NCBI GenBank assembly: GCA_964418755.1
Contig: CAYQNS010000002.1
Location: 10,561-74,560 of the forward strand
Direction of reading: 5' to 3'
Length of the DNA: 64,000 nt
DNA from: an uncultured Desulfobacteraceae bacterium
Lineage (GTDB): Bacteria; Desulfobacterota; Desulfobacteria; Desulfobacterales; 4572-123
Part shown: piece after piece, positions 54,026 to 63,295 of the stretch
How the letters are laid out: each line of letters opens with the position of its first letter
Numbering within the stretch: position 1 is the first letter of the stretch
The notes under the pieces: generated by a model
Told to the model about the DNA's origin: nothing
The model's database searches: none
Seen by the model: only the letters and a program-made list of their open reading frames with translations
Made by a program: the position numbers and the translations under genes

Positions 54026-55714
54026 TTATGCTCCTTGCTTTTTAGTAACATCGAGTCCGGTTTTTTTGGCAATCAGTTTCAGGATAGCCATGCAAAGCCC
54101 CACGATGAAAATCATTTTGACCGTTGTTGCCGATGCCAGTCCCAGTTCGCCAAGCTGGGCCGTCAGATAAATATATACCGAGGCCAGATCAAATCCGGGG
54201 GTGACCAGAAAAATGACCGAACTTAGAGACATCATGGTCGTCATGAAAGTATAGAGAAAACCCGCTACAAAGGCGGAAAACATGATGGGCAGTATGATCT
54301 TGAAAAATATGGTTAAAAAATCGGCACCCAGATCAGCGGAGGCCTCTTCAATTTCAATGCTGATCTGGTGCAGTTTGCTGATGCCTGCCTCAACACCCAC
54401 GGCTACAAATCGAAACACACAATTTAGAATAATAATCCAAATGGTCCCGGTCAAGAGAAATGGGGAGCGGTTGAATGCTATGATATAGCCAACTCCGATA
54501 ACCGTACCGGGAAGGGCAAAGCCGGAAAGGGCTATCATCTCCATGATATGCCTGCCGGGAAACTTTCCGCGCATAATCACATAAGCCAGCAGTGTCCCGA
54601 CAATTGCGCCGAACAAACCGGAAACCAGAGAAATCTTGATACTGTTCCAGATTGCCTCATTGGCCTGAGTATTCAAAATATGTTCTATTACAAACGTATT
54701 GTCCACTCCTATAATCTTTACAAAAGCTCCCAGCAAAATAACCCCGAAGCTTAAAAGAATCATCACGCCGACAGTAAAAGTAATTATCATAAAGGGAATT
54801 TTGATTCCAAGGATCATCTCTTTATATTCAACAGCGGTAGGTTTCCCGACAATCGTGGTGTACCCTCTTCCCTTTAGCACATAGTTATGGAGAATAAAGA
54901 TAATCACACAGGGCGTAATCAGGATAACGGAAAGTACACTCGCCATATTGAAGTCACCTTCACCTGTGATCATAAGATAAGTGTCCGGTGCCAGAAAAGG
55001 AGTCCTGCCACCCAGTATTGCGGGATTGCCAAATTCAGCAATTGCCATCACAAATACAAGCAGGGCAGCTTTCAGGAGGCCTGGAGCTGCCAGAGGAATG
55101 GTTATCGACCGGATAATTCTGTATTCAGAAGCCCCCATGTCACTGGCTGTCTCTTCCAGGCTGGGGTTTAATGAATTCAGAACGTTTTCAATCATCATGA
55201 AGGACAGGGGAAGGAAAGCCAGACACTGGGCCGCAATAACCCCGGTCCAGCTATAAATGTTAAAATTAAGATTAAACAGATTGTTAATTAATCCGTTTCT
55301 GCCAAACAGAGTGATCAGTGAAATGGCAAAAATATAAGGCGGGGCCGCCAAAGGCAGGAGTGCAATGATTTTAAGCGGTTTTCTAATCCACAAAGGCCCC
55401 CGTGTGGTCATATAGGCAAAACAGAAGCCAACGACCAGCAAAATTACCATAACGCTGGTTCCCAGAATTAGAGTGTTAAGTAGAGACCAGTAGTAAAAAT
55501 TATAACTGAAAAACTCTACATAATACTCTAATGTAAAACCATTTTCGCCCCAAAAACTTTTAACCAGGACCATCGCAATCGGATAGAGGAGGAAGATGGC
55601 AAGAAGGGTAAAAAGAGCACCGGCAAAAATATTGATCAGTCTTTTGCTGAAAAATACTCTGAGTTTATACAAAAAACTTCTATGATAAATACTTTCCACT
55701 ACCGCTTCCGCCAT
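54026..55714 (-). CDS. ABC transporter permease, fused double-domain (FbpB/ThiP-type)
   Basis: The 562-aa product has about 12 TM helices arranged as two tandem permease modules. Confidence 0.88.
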   Translation of the reverse strand: MAEAVVESIYHRSFLYKLRVFFSKRLINIFAGALFTLLAIFLLYPIAMVLVKSFWGENGFTLEYYVEFFSYNFYYWSLLNTLILGTSVMVILLVVGFCFAYMTTRGPLWIRKPLKIIALLPLAAPPYIFAISLITLFGRNGLINNLFNLNFNIYSWTGVIAAQCLAFLPLSFMMIENVLNSLNPSLEETASDMGASEYRIIRSITIPLAAPGLLKAALLVFVMAIAEFGNPAILGGRTPFLAPDTYLMITGEGDFNMASVLSVILITPCVIIFILHNYVLKGRGYTTIVGKPTAVEYKEMILGIKIPFMIITFTVGVMILLSFGVILLGAFVKIIGVDNTFVIEHILNTQANEAIWNSIKISLVSGLFGAIVGTLLAYVIMRGKFPGRHIMEMIALSGFALPGTVIGVGYIIAFNRSPFLLTGTIWIIILNCVFRFVAVGVEAGISKLHQISIEIEEASADLGADFLTIFFKIILPIMFSAFVAGFLYTFMTTMMSLSSVIFLVTPGFDLASVYIYLTAQLGELGLASATTVKMIFIVGLCMAILKLIAKKTGLDVTKKQGA

Positions 55715-55753
55715 CAGTCATTCCTCCTGTCTCCAGTTAATAGTTGACAGTTT

Positions 55754-56821
55754 TTATTGTTTTTTTGCCGCTTCTGCTGCCTTTTTTTCTTTTTCGTCAC
55801 CGACTTTCTTAGCTTTTGGGGTTTCTTTCATCATAAACTTGCTTTTCCATGTCTTGATGATTTTTGCCCGGTTTTTAACCGCCCATTTATGGTCAAGATC
55901 AATGTAGGTTGGCTTTGCAGCACCGTAAAGAGCACTTGCGATGCCCGGGCGTGGGGGAAAGTATCCAAACGATGCCAGAAATTCGCTGAATTCCCTGGTA
56001 CCAAAATAATCCATGACTTTTTTACACAGTTCAAGCTTTTTGGTGTCCTTTAAAATGACCGTATAGTTACCCTCGTATCCGATACCCTCTGCAGGGATTA
56101 CCCATTGGAGGGGATAGCCATCATTAATCCTCTTAAGCACGTTTTCGTCCGCTGTGATTCCCAAGAGGTATTCGCCTCTCCCCACCAGGTCGGTCGGAGC
56201 ATTCCCACTCTTGGTATAAAAGGCCATGTTCTCATCAAGAGCTTTTAGGTACTCCCACCCTTCATCCCAACCGTAAAGCTGGAGAAACGAATAATTGAGC
56301 ATAAAAGCCGTACCGGAAGTCCTGGGTGAAGGGGCGACAATCTGTCCTTTCCACTTGGGGTCCAAAAGGTCCTTCCAGGACATGGGCATGCCATATCCTT
56401 TTTCGGCCAGTTTCTTTTTGTTGCCTACCAGAACAAATGAGAAGGTTCCGAGGGCGTACCAGCAGCCATCAGGATCTTTGAACACCGGATCTATATCTGC
56501 CCATGAAGGCGCCATAAAGCATTCGTAAAATCCCTTTTTTTTTCCCTCGATAGCCTGGGCCGCACCATACGAAATAACCATGTCGGCATTGAAGTTTGGC
56601 GCTTCAGTCTTAACTCTGGCCCAACATTCACCCCAGGAAAGGGTGATGTGCTTGACTTCTATCCCGAGCTTCTCTTCCACCTGCTTAGCGATGCCCTCAT
56701 TCACCTCCCTGGAATATCCCATGTAGGCGCTGATCGAGTCCTTGGCCTGGAGGCCACTAGAAGCAAAACCGAATGTTAAAACCAAGGCCAGTGCTGTAAT
56801 AATTAGACATTTACTTTTCAT
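55754..56821 (-). CDS. ABC transporter periplasmic substrate-binding protein (Fe3+/polyamine/thiamine-type family 1 SBP) with Lys-rich C-terminal tail
   Basis: The start was trimmed to ATG 56821, which has GGAGGTG 5 nt upstream. It has a signal peptide (MKSKCLIITALALVLTFGFASSGLQA) and an SBP fold pattern. Confidence 0.85.
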   Translation of the reverse strand: MKSKCLIITALALVLTFGFASSGLQAKDSISAYMGYSREVNEGIAKQVEEKLGIEVKHITLSWGECWARVKTEAPNFNADMVISYGAAQAIEGKKKGFYECFMAPSWADIDPVFKDPDGCWYALGTFSFVLVGNKKKLAEKGYGMPMSWKDLLDPKWKGQIVAPSPRTSGTAFMLNYSFLQLYGWDEGWEYLKALDENMAFYTKSGNAPTDLVGRGEYLLGITADENVLKRINDGYPLQWVIPAEGIGYEGNYTVILKDTKKLELCKKVMDYFGTREFSEFLASFGYFPPRPGIASALYGAAKPTYIDLDHKWAVKNRAKIIKTWKSKFMMKETPKAKKVGDEKEKKAAEAAKKQ

Positions 56822-58126
56822 CGTACACCTCCGCGTTTTAAGGTCTTTGAATGGATAAGTAACCATGACCCAAATAGCCATGCCTTCGTATGAAAAAGTT
56901 CACCTGAAAAGTACCTTTTCACCTCCTTTCCTTAAAAAATGTATGCCTACGGTTAATCTTAAGAATTCCTCGATGCTCTGCATCGGGGTTGAAAAGATAA
57001 AAATTCATCTTGATACATCGCAGCCCTGCTGCGGGGTAGTTCATTTTTTTACGAAATAAGCAGACACATAATTTTTATATCAAATGACGCTTAAAAAATC
57101 CGGTGGGAAACTTAGAACCAAATTCGATTCATGGATAAATGCCTATTAATATCTTAAAGGGCTTTATTTACAAACAGTTACAATAGCTTTATAAAATAGC
57201 AAGATTAATTCTAATAAATTTTAACACTTTAAAGTGAGTTTTTAAAGCGCCATACGTCATATAAATATATATAAGTTGGTGTTGAATGCCGAACGTTATA
57301 AACTTCGGATGGTAACCATCTTAATTTGATTTTATTATAATTTTTGATGGTAATTTTTATATTGCTAAGACGTTTAAAAGCAAAGCTAAAATTGATGTTA
57401 AATGATTTAATAAAAAAATGTCAACTATAAGTCAAATTAATAATAATTATAATTCTGATAACAATAAGTTATTATTGGGTGACTACAGACCTCGTGAAAA
57501 ATGGCCTTTTAAAGCATGATTTTTTTGGGCACTCACCTTTTTTAAGCGGCGACCGGCCAACTTCAATATGTAGCATTTTCCCGATCGGAATATAGCTTAA
57601 CGCATTCAGCTTTTTACAAAGCTGTTCCTGCGTTTTTCGACGACTCGGTTGCTGCAGTGGTTCCAATCAGACAACTACCCTATCTACTTCAGATTTGATC
57701 CATCTTTGTTGAAGACTTCTTTTGCTTTTGAATTTTTTTATAAGCGAAAACAGACCAATTATGCAAATAATGTCAATTAAATCACAAAGTCATGTTGCAA
57801 AAAGAAAAAACGACTTTTTTCCTACCTGCATGTAAAAATACAGTCTTGATATTTTTTAAATAATTGAAAAAACAATGTTTTTGTTTAGTGCCAAGGGGCT
57901 ATATCAGGGATTCTGAAATCTGTCCTCATTGATAAGAGGATAAATCTTTTACCTGTAGATTTAGACCAAGTCATCAGCAGGCAATATGCCTGAATATGCT
58001 TGGGAATACCGCATTAGGTTCAAATAAAAATAATTAGGGACTTGTTTTTCTAAACATCAATTTTCCGCTAAAAATGAAAATTATTAGAAATAACAAACTA
58101 TTAATTATATTATGAAAAAAACGATG

Positions 58127-59179
58127 TCAAGCAATAATATCGCTATACAGGGAGTATCTCCCATATTTTTTAACCGCCTCAATCATGGCCAGGAAATTTT
58201 CGGATTTTACACCGGAATGTATGCTGTTGCTGGAAGAAAGAATATGACCACCCCCTGGAGATGCCGACTTTATGCACATTCTCACCGCTTTGATCACCTG
58301 TTCGGGAGTACCGTTGGTCAAAAGATCCCCGCAATCGATATTGCCGATGATACAGACCCTGTTCCCATACATTTTCTTGATTTTTTGAATGTCCATCCCT
58401 GCAATAGGATCAATTGGATTGATTCCGTCAATCCCTGTTGCGATGATCATATCCAAAATCTTCATGAGATTGCCATCGCTATGCTTTATGCAAAAGGCCC
58501 CCATTTCATGGACAAGGGTTACCATTTTTTTCAACCCCGGAAGAACGAATTTTCTAAAATGTTTTGGGGAAATCATCGGGCCTTGATTATATGCGTAATC
58601 ATCCCCTAACATCACTATCTCAGCCCCGGCTTTAATGGCTTTTTTAACAACTTCCATTTCATAACTGAAGGCCATTTCTGTGATTTCATGCGCAAATTTC
58701 GGATTTTCTATATAATCGAGGAAAAGATTTTCTGTTCCTCTGAGATACCGCGGGTTACTCATGACGTCACGGTTTTCCCATATAATTGCCTTTTCCCCTT
58801 TGAATCTTTGAACGAGATCAGGGAAAGGACCAAGAACATCAGGGTCTTCTGGGTCTGGAGGAGTATATGATTTTAGATCCTTTTCGGAGTCGATGATCCC
58901 TTCGATGGGATATGCGATGGCTTCCCCGGTGTACACACGGGTTACCCCCCATTTATCTTGGAATTTATAGCCCGGTTGAACATCTCTCTGGTGACCCGAC
59001 AATGTATGCTCATATCCCAAACTGACGGCATCCATTCCGATTTTATCTAAAAAATCAAAGTATGAGCATCCCGGATGGATAGCATCAATTACTTTTGAAT
59101 CGATAGACCATTCCAGCATTGGAACTCGATCGGGTTCTTTTCTTTCTAAAGCGGCAAAAATACGTTGTCGCGAATTCAT
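58127..59179 (-). CDS. uroporphyrinogen-decarboxylase (URO-D/MtaA/CmuA) family protein
   Basis: ATG 59179 has AAGGAGG 5 nt upstream. It reads R.....L.R.EPDRVPM...GDDYA...ISP..F..F..P and is about 350 aa. Confidence 0.85.
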   Translation of the reverse strand: MNSRQRIFAALERKEPDRVPMLEWSIDSKVIDAIHPGCSYFDFLDKIGMDAVSLGYEHTLSGHQRDVQPGYKFQDKWGVTRVYTGEAIAYPIEGIIDSEKDLKSYTPPDPEDPDVLGPFPDLVQRFKGEKAIIWENRDVMSNPRYLRGTENLFLDYIENPKFAHEITEMAFSYEMEVVKKAIKAGAEIVMLGDDYAYNQGPMISPKHFRKFVLPGLKKMVTLVHEMGAFCIKHSDGNLMKILDMIIATGIDGINPIDPIAGMDIQKIKKMYGNRVCIIGNIDCGDLLTNGTPEQVIKAVRMCIKSASPGGGHILSSSNSIHSGVKSENFLAMIEAVKKYGRYSLYSDIIA

Positions 59180-59379
59180 GTCAGCCTCCTTTAACCTTAA
59201 TTCCATTTTTTTGAAAAATCACCTTTTTTTATTGACGATGCATTATCATCACGGTGAAATCGAGAAGAACCGGGCCGGGCTGTCTGCCCTGGGAGTGTTA
59301 AAAAACATTCAGATGAGCAGTAATGGGTTATTCCATCCCGGCATAAACTCAACACGATTATTAATAGAAAGTTCAGGCC

Positions 59380-60549
59380 TCATGAGAAGGGAATCTCCTC
59401 GACTTTTTCATGTACTATGATACCTCGTCTGGAAAGCTCGGTGAATACCGCTGATGGTTCAAAAGCCAGTTCAGGGGCGATCACACCGGACCCGTGAACT
59501 CGGCCACTGTCGATCATCTGGGCACCGATACTCATGGGGATGCCCACACAGCGTGTATAGGCACGCAGCTTTTCCCATCCTTTGACCGAGCCGTCCGAGG
59601 CTGGATGAGTGTGAGTGAGGAGATGTCGGTATCTTTTCCCCTCCCGGCTGCCGGTGACCTCAACGTGCAGCGCATATCCGTAAAGATCGGTGGTTTGCCC
59701 CTCTTGGGACTGCAGAAGATAGTCTGCAACGGCATCCAGTATTCCTACCTGTACGCCGTCTACTTCGATTCTGTCGTTACGCATGAAACCCCAGTCATAA
59801 AGAGTGCGAATAAGCGCCATGTTTTCAAGCGGCCAGGTACCGCGTACTTCGATCAGTTGTATCTGTTTGTCAGCCAGCGATTTTGGAAGGGTCATGGTTT
59901 CAGCATGGGGAATGATGTACTGGACATGGGTTCCAAAAGGCGGCGGCAGTTCGATTTCCATAGGGCGGGCAAAGGGCGGTACCTGGATAAATTTCCCATT
60001 TTCATAAACCACGCGGGAGGGCAGATCAGGATCGTACTCCATGCGTGTGGTTTCGGCAATTGCCGGTGAAAAAGCCACCGGTCGGAATGCACCGTGGCTG
60101 ATACGGATTGTGTCCACCGTCTCCAACTGGTCGGCAGCATGCCTGGTCATCATATTCGTAATCCCGGGGGTCATCCCCATGCCCGGAATACAGATTTTCC
60201 CGTTGTCTGAAAATTCTCGATCAAATTCCCATTCGGCACCACAGCCGTTGAGGTTGATACCATGTACACCGGCTTCGGCGATGCAGGCGGTTGAGCGGTC
60301 GTTGAGAGAAATGGTGGTGCCGTCCATAGCCAAATCATAGCCTTTGATAGTGGCCACCGCTGACTGACGATCATTGACATCGATTTTTACAAAATCCACC
60401 CGGGGGTCGTCAAGCCACTTTACCACCTCCAGCCCTGCATTTTCATTATAGTCGGCGATAGTAATTTTTTCAAAATCCGAATACTCCACGAGATCATAAA
60501 CCGATTCCCGGCTTATTTTACCGGCGGCACCCAAACACAAGATTTTCAT
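59380..60549 (-). CDS. saccharopine dehydrogenase-like NAD(P)-binding oxidoreductase
   Basis: It has an N-terminal Rossmann motif (MKILCLGAAGKISR) and is 389 aa. The two-domain layout is typical of the Sacchrp_dh family. Confidence 0.8.
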   Translation of the reverse strand: MKILCLGAAGKISRESVYDLVEYSDFEKITIADYNENAGLEVVKWLDDPRVDFVKIDVNDRQSAVATIKGYDLAMDGTTISLNDRSTACIAEAGVHGINLNGCGAEWEFDREFSDNGKICIPGMGMTPGITNMMTRHAADQLETVDTIRISHGAFRPVAFSPAIAETTRMEYDPDLPSRVVYENGKFIQVPPFARPMEIELPPPFGTHVQYIIPHAETMTLPKSLADKQIQLIEVRGTWPLENMALIRTLYDWGFMRNDRIEVDGVQVGILDAVADYLLQSQEGQTTDLYGYALHVEVTGSREGKRYRHLLTHTHPASDGSVKGWEKLRAYTRCVGIPMSIGAQMIDSGRVHGSGVIAPELAFEPSAVFTELSRRGIIVHEKVEEIPFS

Positions 60550-60581
60550 TTGGCCTTCCTTTCAATCCGAGGTATAATTAT

Positions 60582-60593
60582 ATGTATATACAT
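60582..60593. promoter_or_regulatory. candidate GntR/HutC operator: perfect palindrome ATGTATATACAT
   Basis: It lies 33 nt upstream of the start of the saccharopine-dehydrogenase-like gene. It shares the 9-mer TGTATATAC with the site at 60761-60769. Confidence 0.4.
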
Positions 60594-60757
60594 GAATGAT
60601 GTGTAGCAACCCTAAATTGTCATGTCAATAAATAATTTTTAAACGATATGTTTATACCACCCATTTGACTATAATTATTTGAATAACTAGCAAATATTAA
60701 AATTTAATAAATTCTAATAAAATATTAACGAGCACACTTGTCAAATAAAGTGGTTGA

Positions 60758-60784
60758 CTTTGTATATACCGTTACTATACAAAG
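60758..60784. promoter_or_regulatory. inverted repeat CTTTGTATA-N9-TATACAAAG overlapping the putative gntR promoter
   Basis: TTGACT (60754-60759) and TATACA (60776-60781) are separated by 16 nt. The repeat arms overlap both the -35 and -10 hexamers and contain TGTATATAC. Confidence 0.4.
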
Positions 60785-60878
60785 AGTAGAGTTGTCCTAT
60801 TAGGATCGGAAAAGACAAAGTTTATCTATGAACCGGACAAATTTAGAAAAAACAGGCAGTGCGAAAGGAGTAAATGGA

Positions 60879-61634
60879 ATGGGCTTGAATTATCGCAGAA
60901 AAATTCCTAAATATTTACAGATCCATCAGTACTTGCGCAACATGATCGACCGTGGGGAAATTAAACGCGGCGATAAGCTCCCCATCGAGACCGAGCTGTC
61001 CAGTATGTTCGCGGTCAACCGCATGACGGTGCGTAAAGCGATGAATTTATTGGTAGCCGACAAAATGGTAATCCGCCAACCGGGCAAAGGGACTTTCCTG
61101 ATCTCCGAAAAATCTAATAATTTAATCTATAACCTGAAAAATATCACCAGTTTTGTTGATGACATGAAAAGCTCCGGATTTAATCCTACATATCAAACGA
61201 TTGATGTGAAAGTGGTTCAGGCGGACGACGAAGTAAGCAAATTGCTAAAATTGAAAAATGACCAACGAACCATTTACTCTTTACGGGTGTTGCATGCCAA
61301 TGATGAACCGGTACTTATCGAGAAAAGCTATCTTCCCTATTTAAAATTCAAAGATATCCTGGATATGGATTTTAATACTACCCTTTATCAAATTCTCACG
61401 GAAAAGTTTGATATCACGCTGGATTATGCTACCCAGTGTTTGACGGCGGAGCTATCCGGAGAGGAAGATACCGGAATGTTCAAACTGGCCCAGCCCATCC
61501 CCTGTATGAAGATGGAATCCGTACTGTACGATTCGGGCAACTCTCCGGTGGAGGCCCTTTTCGCCTGCTATCGTGGTAGTAAGTACAAATTCAGATTCAA
61601 GGCAGGGCGCTATATTCGTCATTCGATCCTGTAG
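60879..61634 (+). CDS. GntR-family transcriptional regulator, HutC subfamily (wHTH + UTRA)
   Basis: ATG 60879 has AAAGGAG 8 nt upstream. It reads Y.QI...L...I..G....GDKLP.E.ELS..F.V.R.TVRKA...L and has a UTRA-like C-terminal half. Confidence 0.85.
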   Translation: MGLNYRRKIPKYLQIHQYLRNMIDRGEIKRGDKLPIETELSSMFAVNRMTVRKAMNLLVADKMVIRQPGKGTFLISEKSNNLIYNLKNITSFVDDMKSSGFNPTYQTIDVKVVQADDEVSKLLKLKNDQRTIYSLRVLHANDEPVLIEKSYLPYLKFKDILDMDFNTTLYQILTEKFDITLDYATQCLTAELSGEEDTGMFKLAQPIPCMKMESVLYDSGNSPVEALFACYRGSKYKFRFKAGRYIRHSIL

Positions 61635-61948
61635 CCCGACTATCCTGGCAGTTAAAAATCATTTTTGCCTAACTCAGGATGTCGAAATTGTATATAATTG
61701 TTTTAATACACCAAATTCTCAATTTAAAGAATTCCATATCTCTGAAACCGTATGCTTGCCCTTTGAACATTTTGATTTTATTGTCTGTCCCTCTAAATAT
61801 CCTATTGAATAGGATAATCGTAGTAGTTGAGAATATCGAGAATATGTTCATGAATGGTTGTGGACTGAGGGTTATTTTTGACGTGATGCAAAAAATCTGG
61901 TAGAAACCGGACGCATGAAAAATATGATTCTTTATTGCAGGGGGCAGG

Positions 61949-63031
61949 ATGCTGAAAGGACACGGCGGTGATATTTATGAACTGGCCCGGGAGTTAAACT
62001 GCCGGACAGACACAATTATAGACATGAGCAGTAATGTCAATCCACTGGGTCCCATGCCGGAGATGATGGATTTTCTCCGGGACCGGATTGGAGACATCAC
62101 CCGGCTGCCGGAGGTGAATGCCAAAGGGATTATCAACCTGTTTGCCGGGGCACTGGGCGTTGATCCTGAACTTGTGATGACGGCCAACGGCAGCACCTGG
62201 TTTATCCATACGATTCCATTGGCCCTGAAAACAAGACGGGCATTGATTATCGGCCCGACCTATTCGGATTATGCTGCCGGATGCCGGATGCACAATGTTG
62301 AGCACAGATTCTGGTTCAGCCGGACAGATAACGATTTTCAGCCAGTGATACAGGAGATTGACAAAGCCCTGCGGGGCTTTGACACCGTATTTATATGCAA
62401 CCCCAACAACCCCGCTGGCGCGCTGATACCCCATGGCGATATCCTTGATCTGTGCATACGTCATCCTGGGGTGGTGTTTGTTGTGGACGAGGCCTATTTG
62501 CCCTTTGTCGCCGGCGGTGCCGAATCCAGCGTAGCCGGGTGCGGTCTTCTAAATGTGGTTGTGTTGAATTCAATGTCGAAAATATTTCGAATTCCCGGGC
62601 TCAGGATCGGTTTTATGGTCTCATCCGCCCCGGTGATTCAAAAAATGGCCCGATATGCATTGCCGTGGTGTGTAAGCATTCTGGCCCATGCGGCTGTTGC
62701 CTGGGTGCTGACCAATCCTGCAACAACGGATGAATTTGTTGAAAAAACAGTGCGATTTGTCACGGCCCAGAGAACCGTTGTAGCAGAAGGCCTTGAACCC
62801 GTGGCAGATCTGACGGTATTTCCCGGCAGTGCGAATTTTATACTGGTGCGGCTTCCAGAAGGGATTTCTGCAGAAACGGTTTGCGCTGCCCTGGCGGCAG
62901 ACAGAATACTGATTCGAAACTGCGCCAATTTTAAAGGCCTTTCCAACCGGTTTGTCCGGATTTCGCTGAAAACAGAGGATGTCAACCGAAAACTGATCCG
63001 AAAATTGTCGGATATCTGTAATAATATCTAA
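61949..63031 (+). CDS. cobD: L-threonine-O-3-phosphate decarboxylase-type aminotransferase (CobD/CobC family)
   Basis: It has an HGGDIY N-terminus, SSNVNPLGP, and the PLP-Lys context NSMSKIFRIPGLRIG. Distinguishing it from HisC-type enzymes needs a search. Confidence 0.7.
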   Translation: MLKGHGGDIYELARELNCRTDTIIDMSSNVNPLGPMPEMMDFLRDRIGDITRLPEVNAKGIINLFAGALGVDPELVMTANGSTWFIHTIPLALKTRRALIIGPTYSDYAAGCRMHNVEHRFWFSRTDNDFQPVIQEIDKALRGFDTVFICNPNNPAGALIPHGDILDLCIRHPGVVFVVDEAYLPFVAGGAESSVAGCGLLNVVVLNSMSKIFRIPGLRIGFMVSSAPVIQKMARYALPWCVSILAHAAVAWVLTNPATTDEFVEKTVRFVTAQRTVVAEGLEPVADLTVFPGSANFILVRLPEGISAETVCAALAADRILIRNCANFKGLSNRFVRISLKTEDVNRKLIRKLSDICNNI

Positions 63032-63295
63032 AGAATGAAGTTTCATGATTTGCTGTATTTTCCTTGACAAATATAATCGATAAATTATATCTTATTTTTT
63101 CAAAATCGAATGCCATAATTCAATGGTTCCATTGTTTTTGTTTCTCTGATTTTCAAAAGTTTCTGAAAATATTGATAGCAGAATTATCACAATATATTTC
63201 ATATGTGCCGTTTTTTTAATCTTTGTTCCTACTGCTGTATAATTTTACTTATCACGTGATCATCAATGCCAACATCTAAAAAAGGAGGACGTTTT

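Noticed and set aside
57320-57395. Recurrence of GATGGTA-type words (28775, about 57320, about 57384) as a shared regulator site linking the rnf operon and the ABC cluster.
   Set aside because: Only a 6-7-nt core is shared and the spacing differs (N7 versus N1). This is easily explained by chance in AT-rich DNA.
57472-57666. The 64-aa minus-strand ORF as a functional XRE-family regulator.
   Set aside because: The HTH-like segment is interrupted relative to the family pattern, no SD is evident, and it is embedded in an AT-rich non-coding tract. It was treated as a possible remnant only.
61799-61815. The palindrome ATCCTATT-g-AATAGGAT between gntR and cobD as a terminator.
   Set aside because: It is AT-rich with 8-bp arms, a 1-nt spacer and no U-tract, so it cannot form a stable terminator hairpin. 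It could be a protein-binding site, but there is no supporting evidence.
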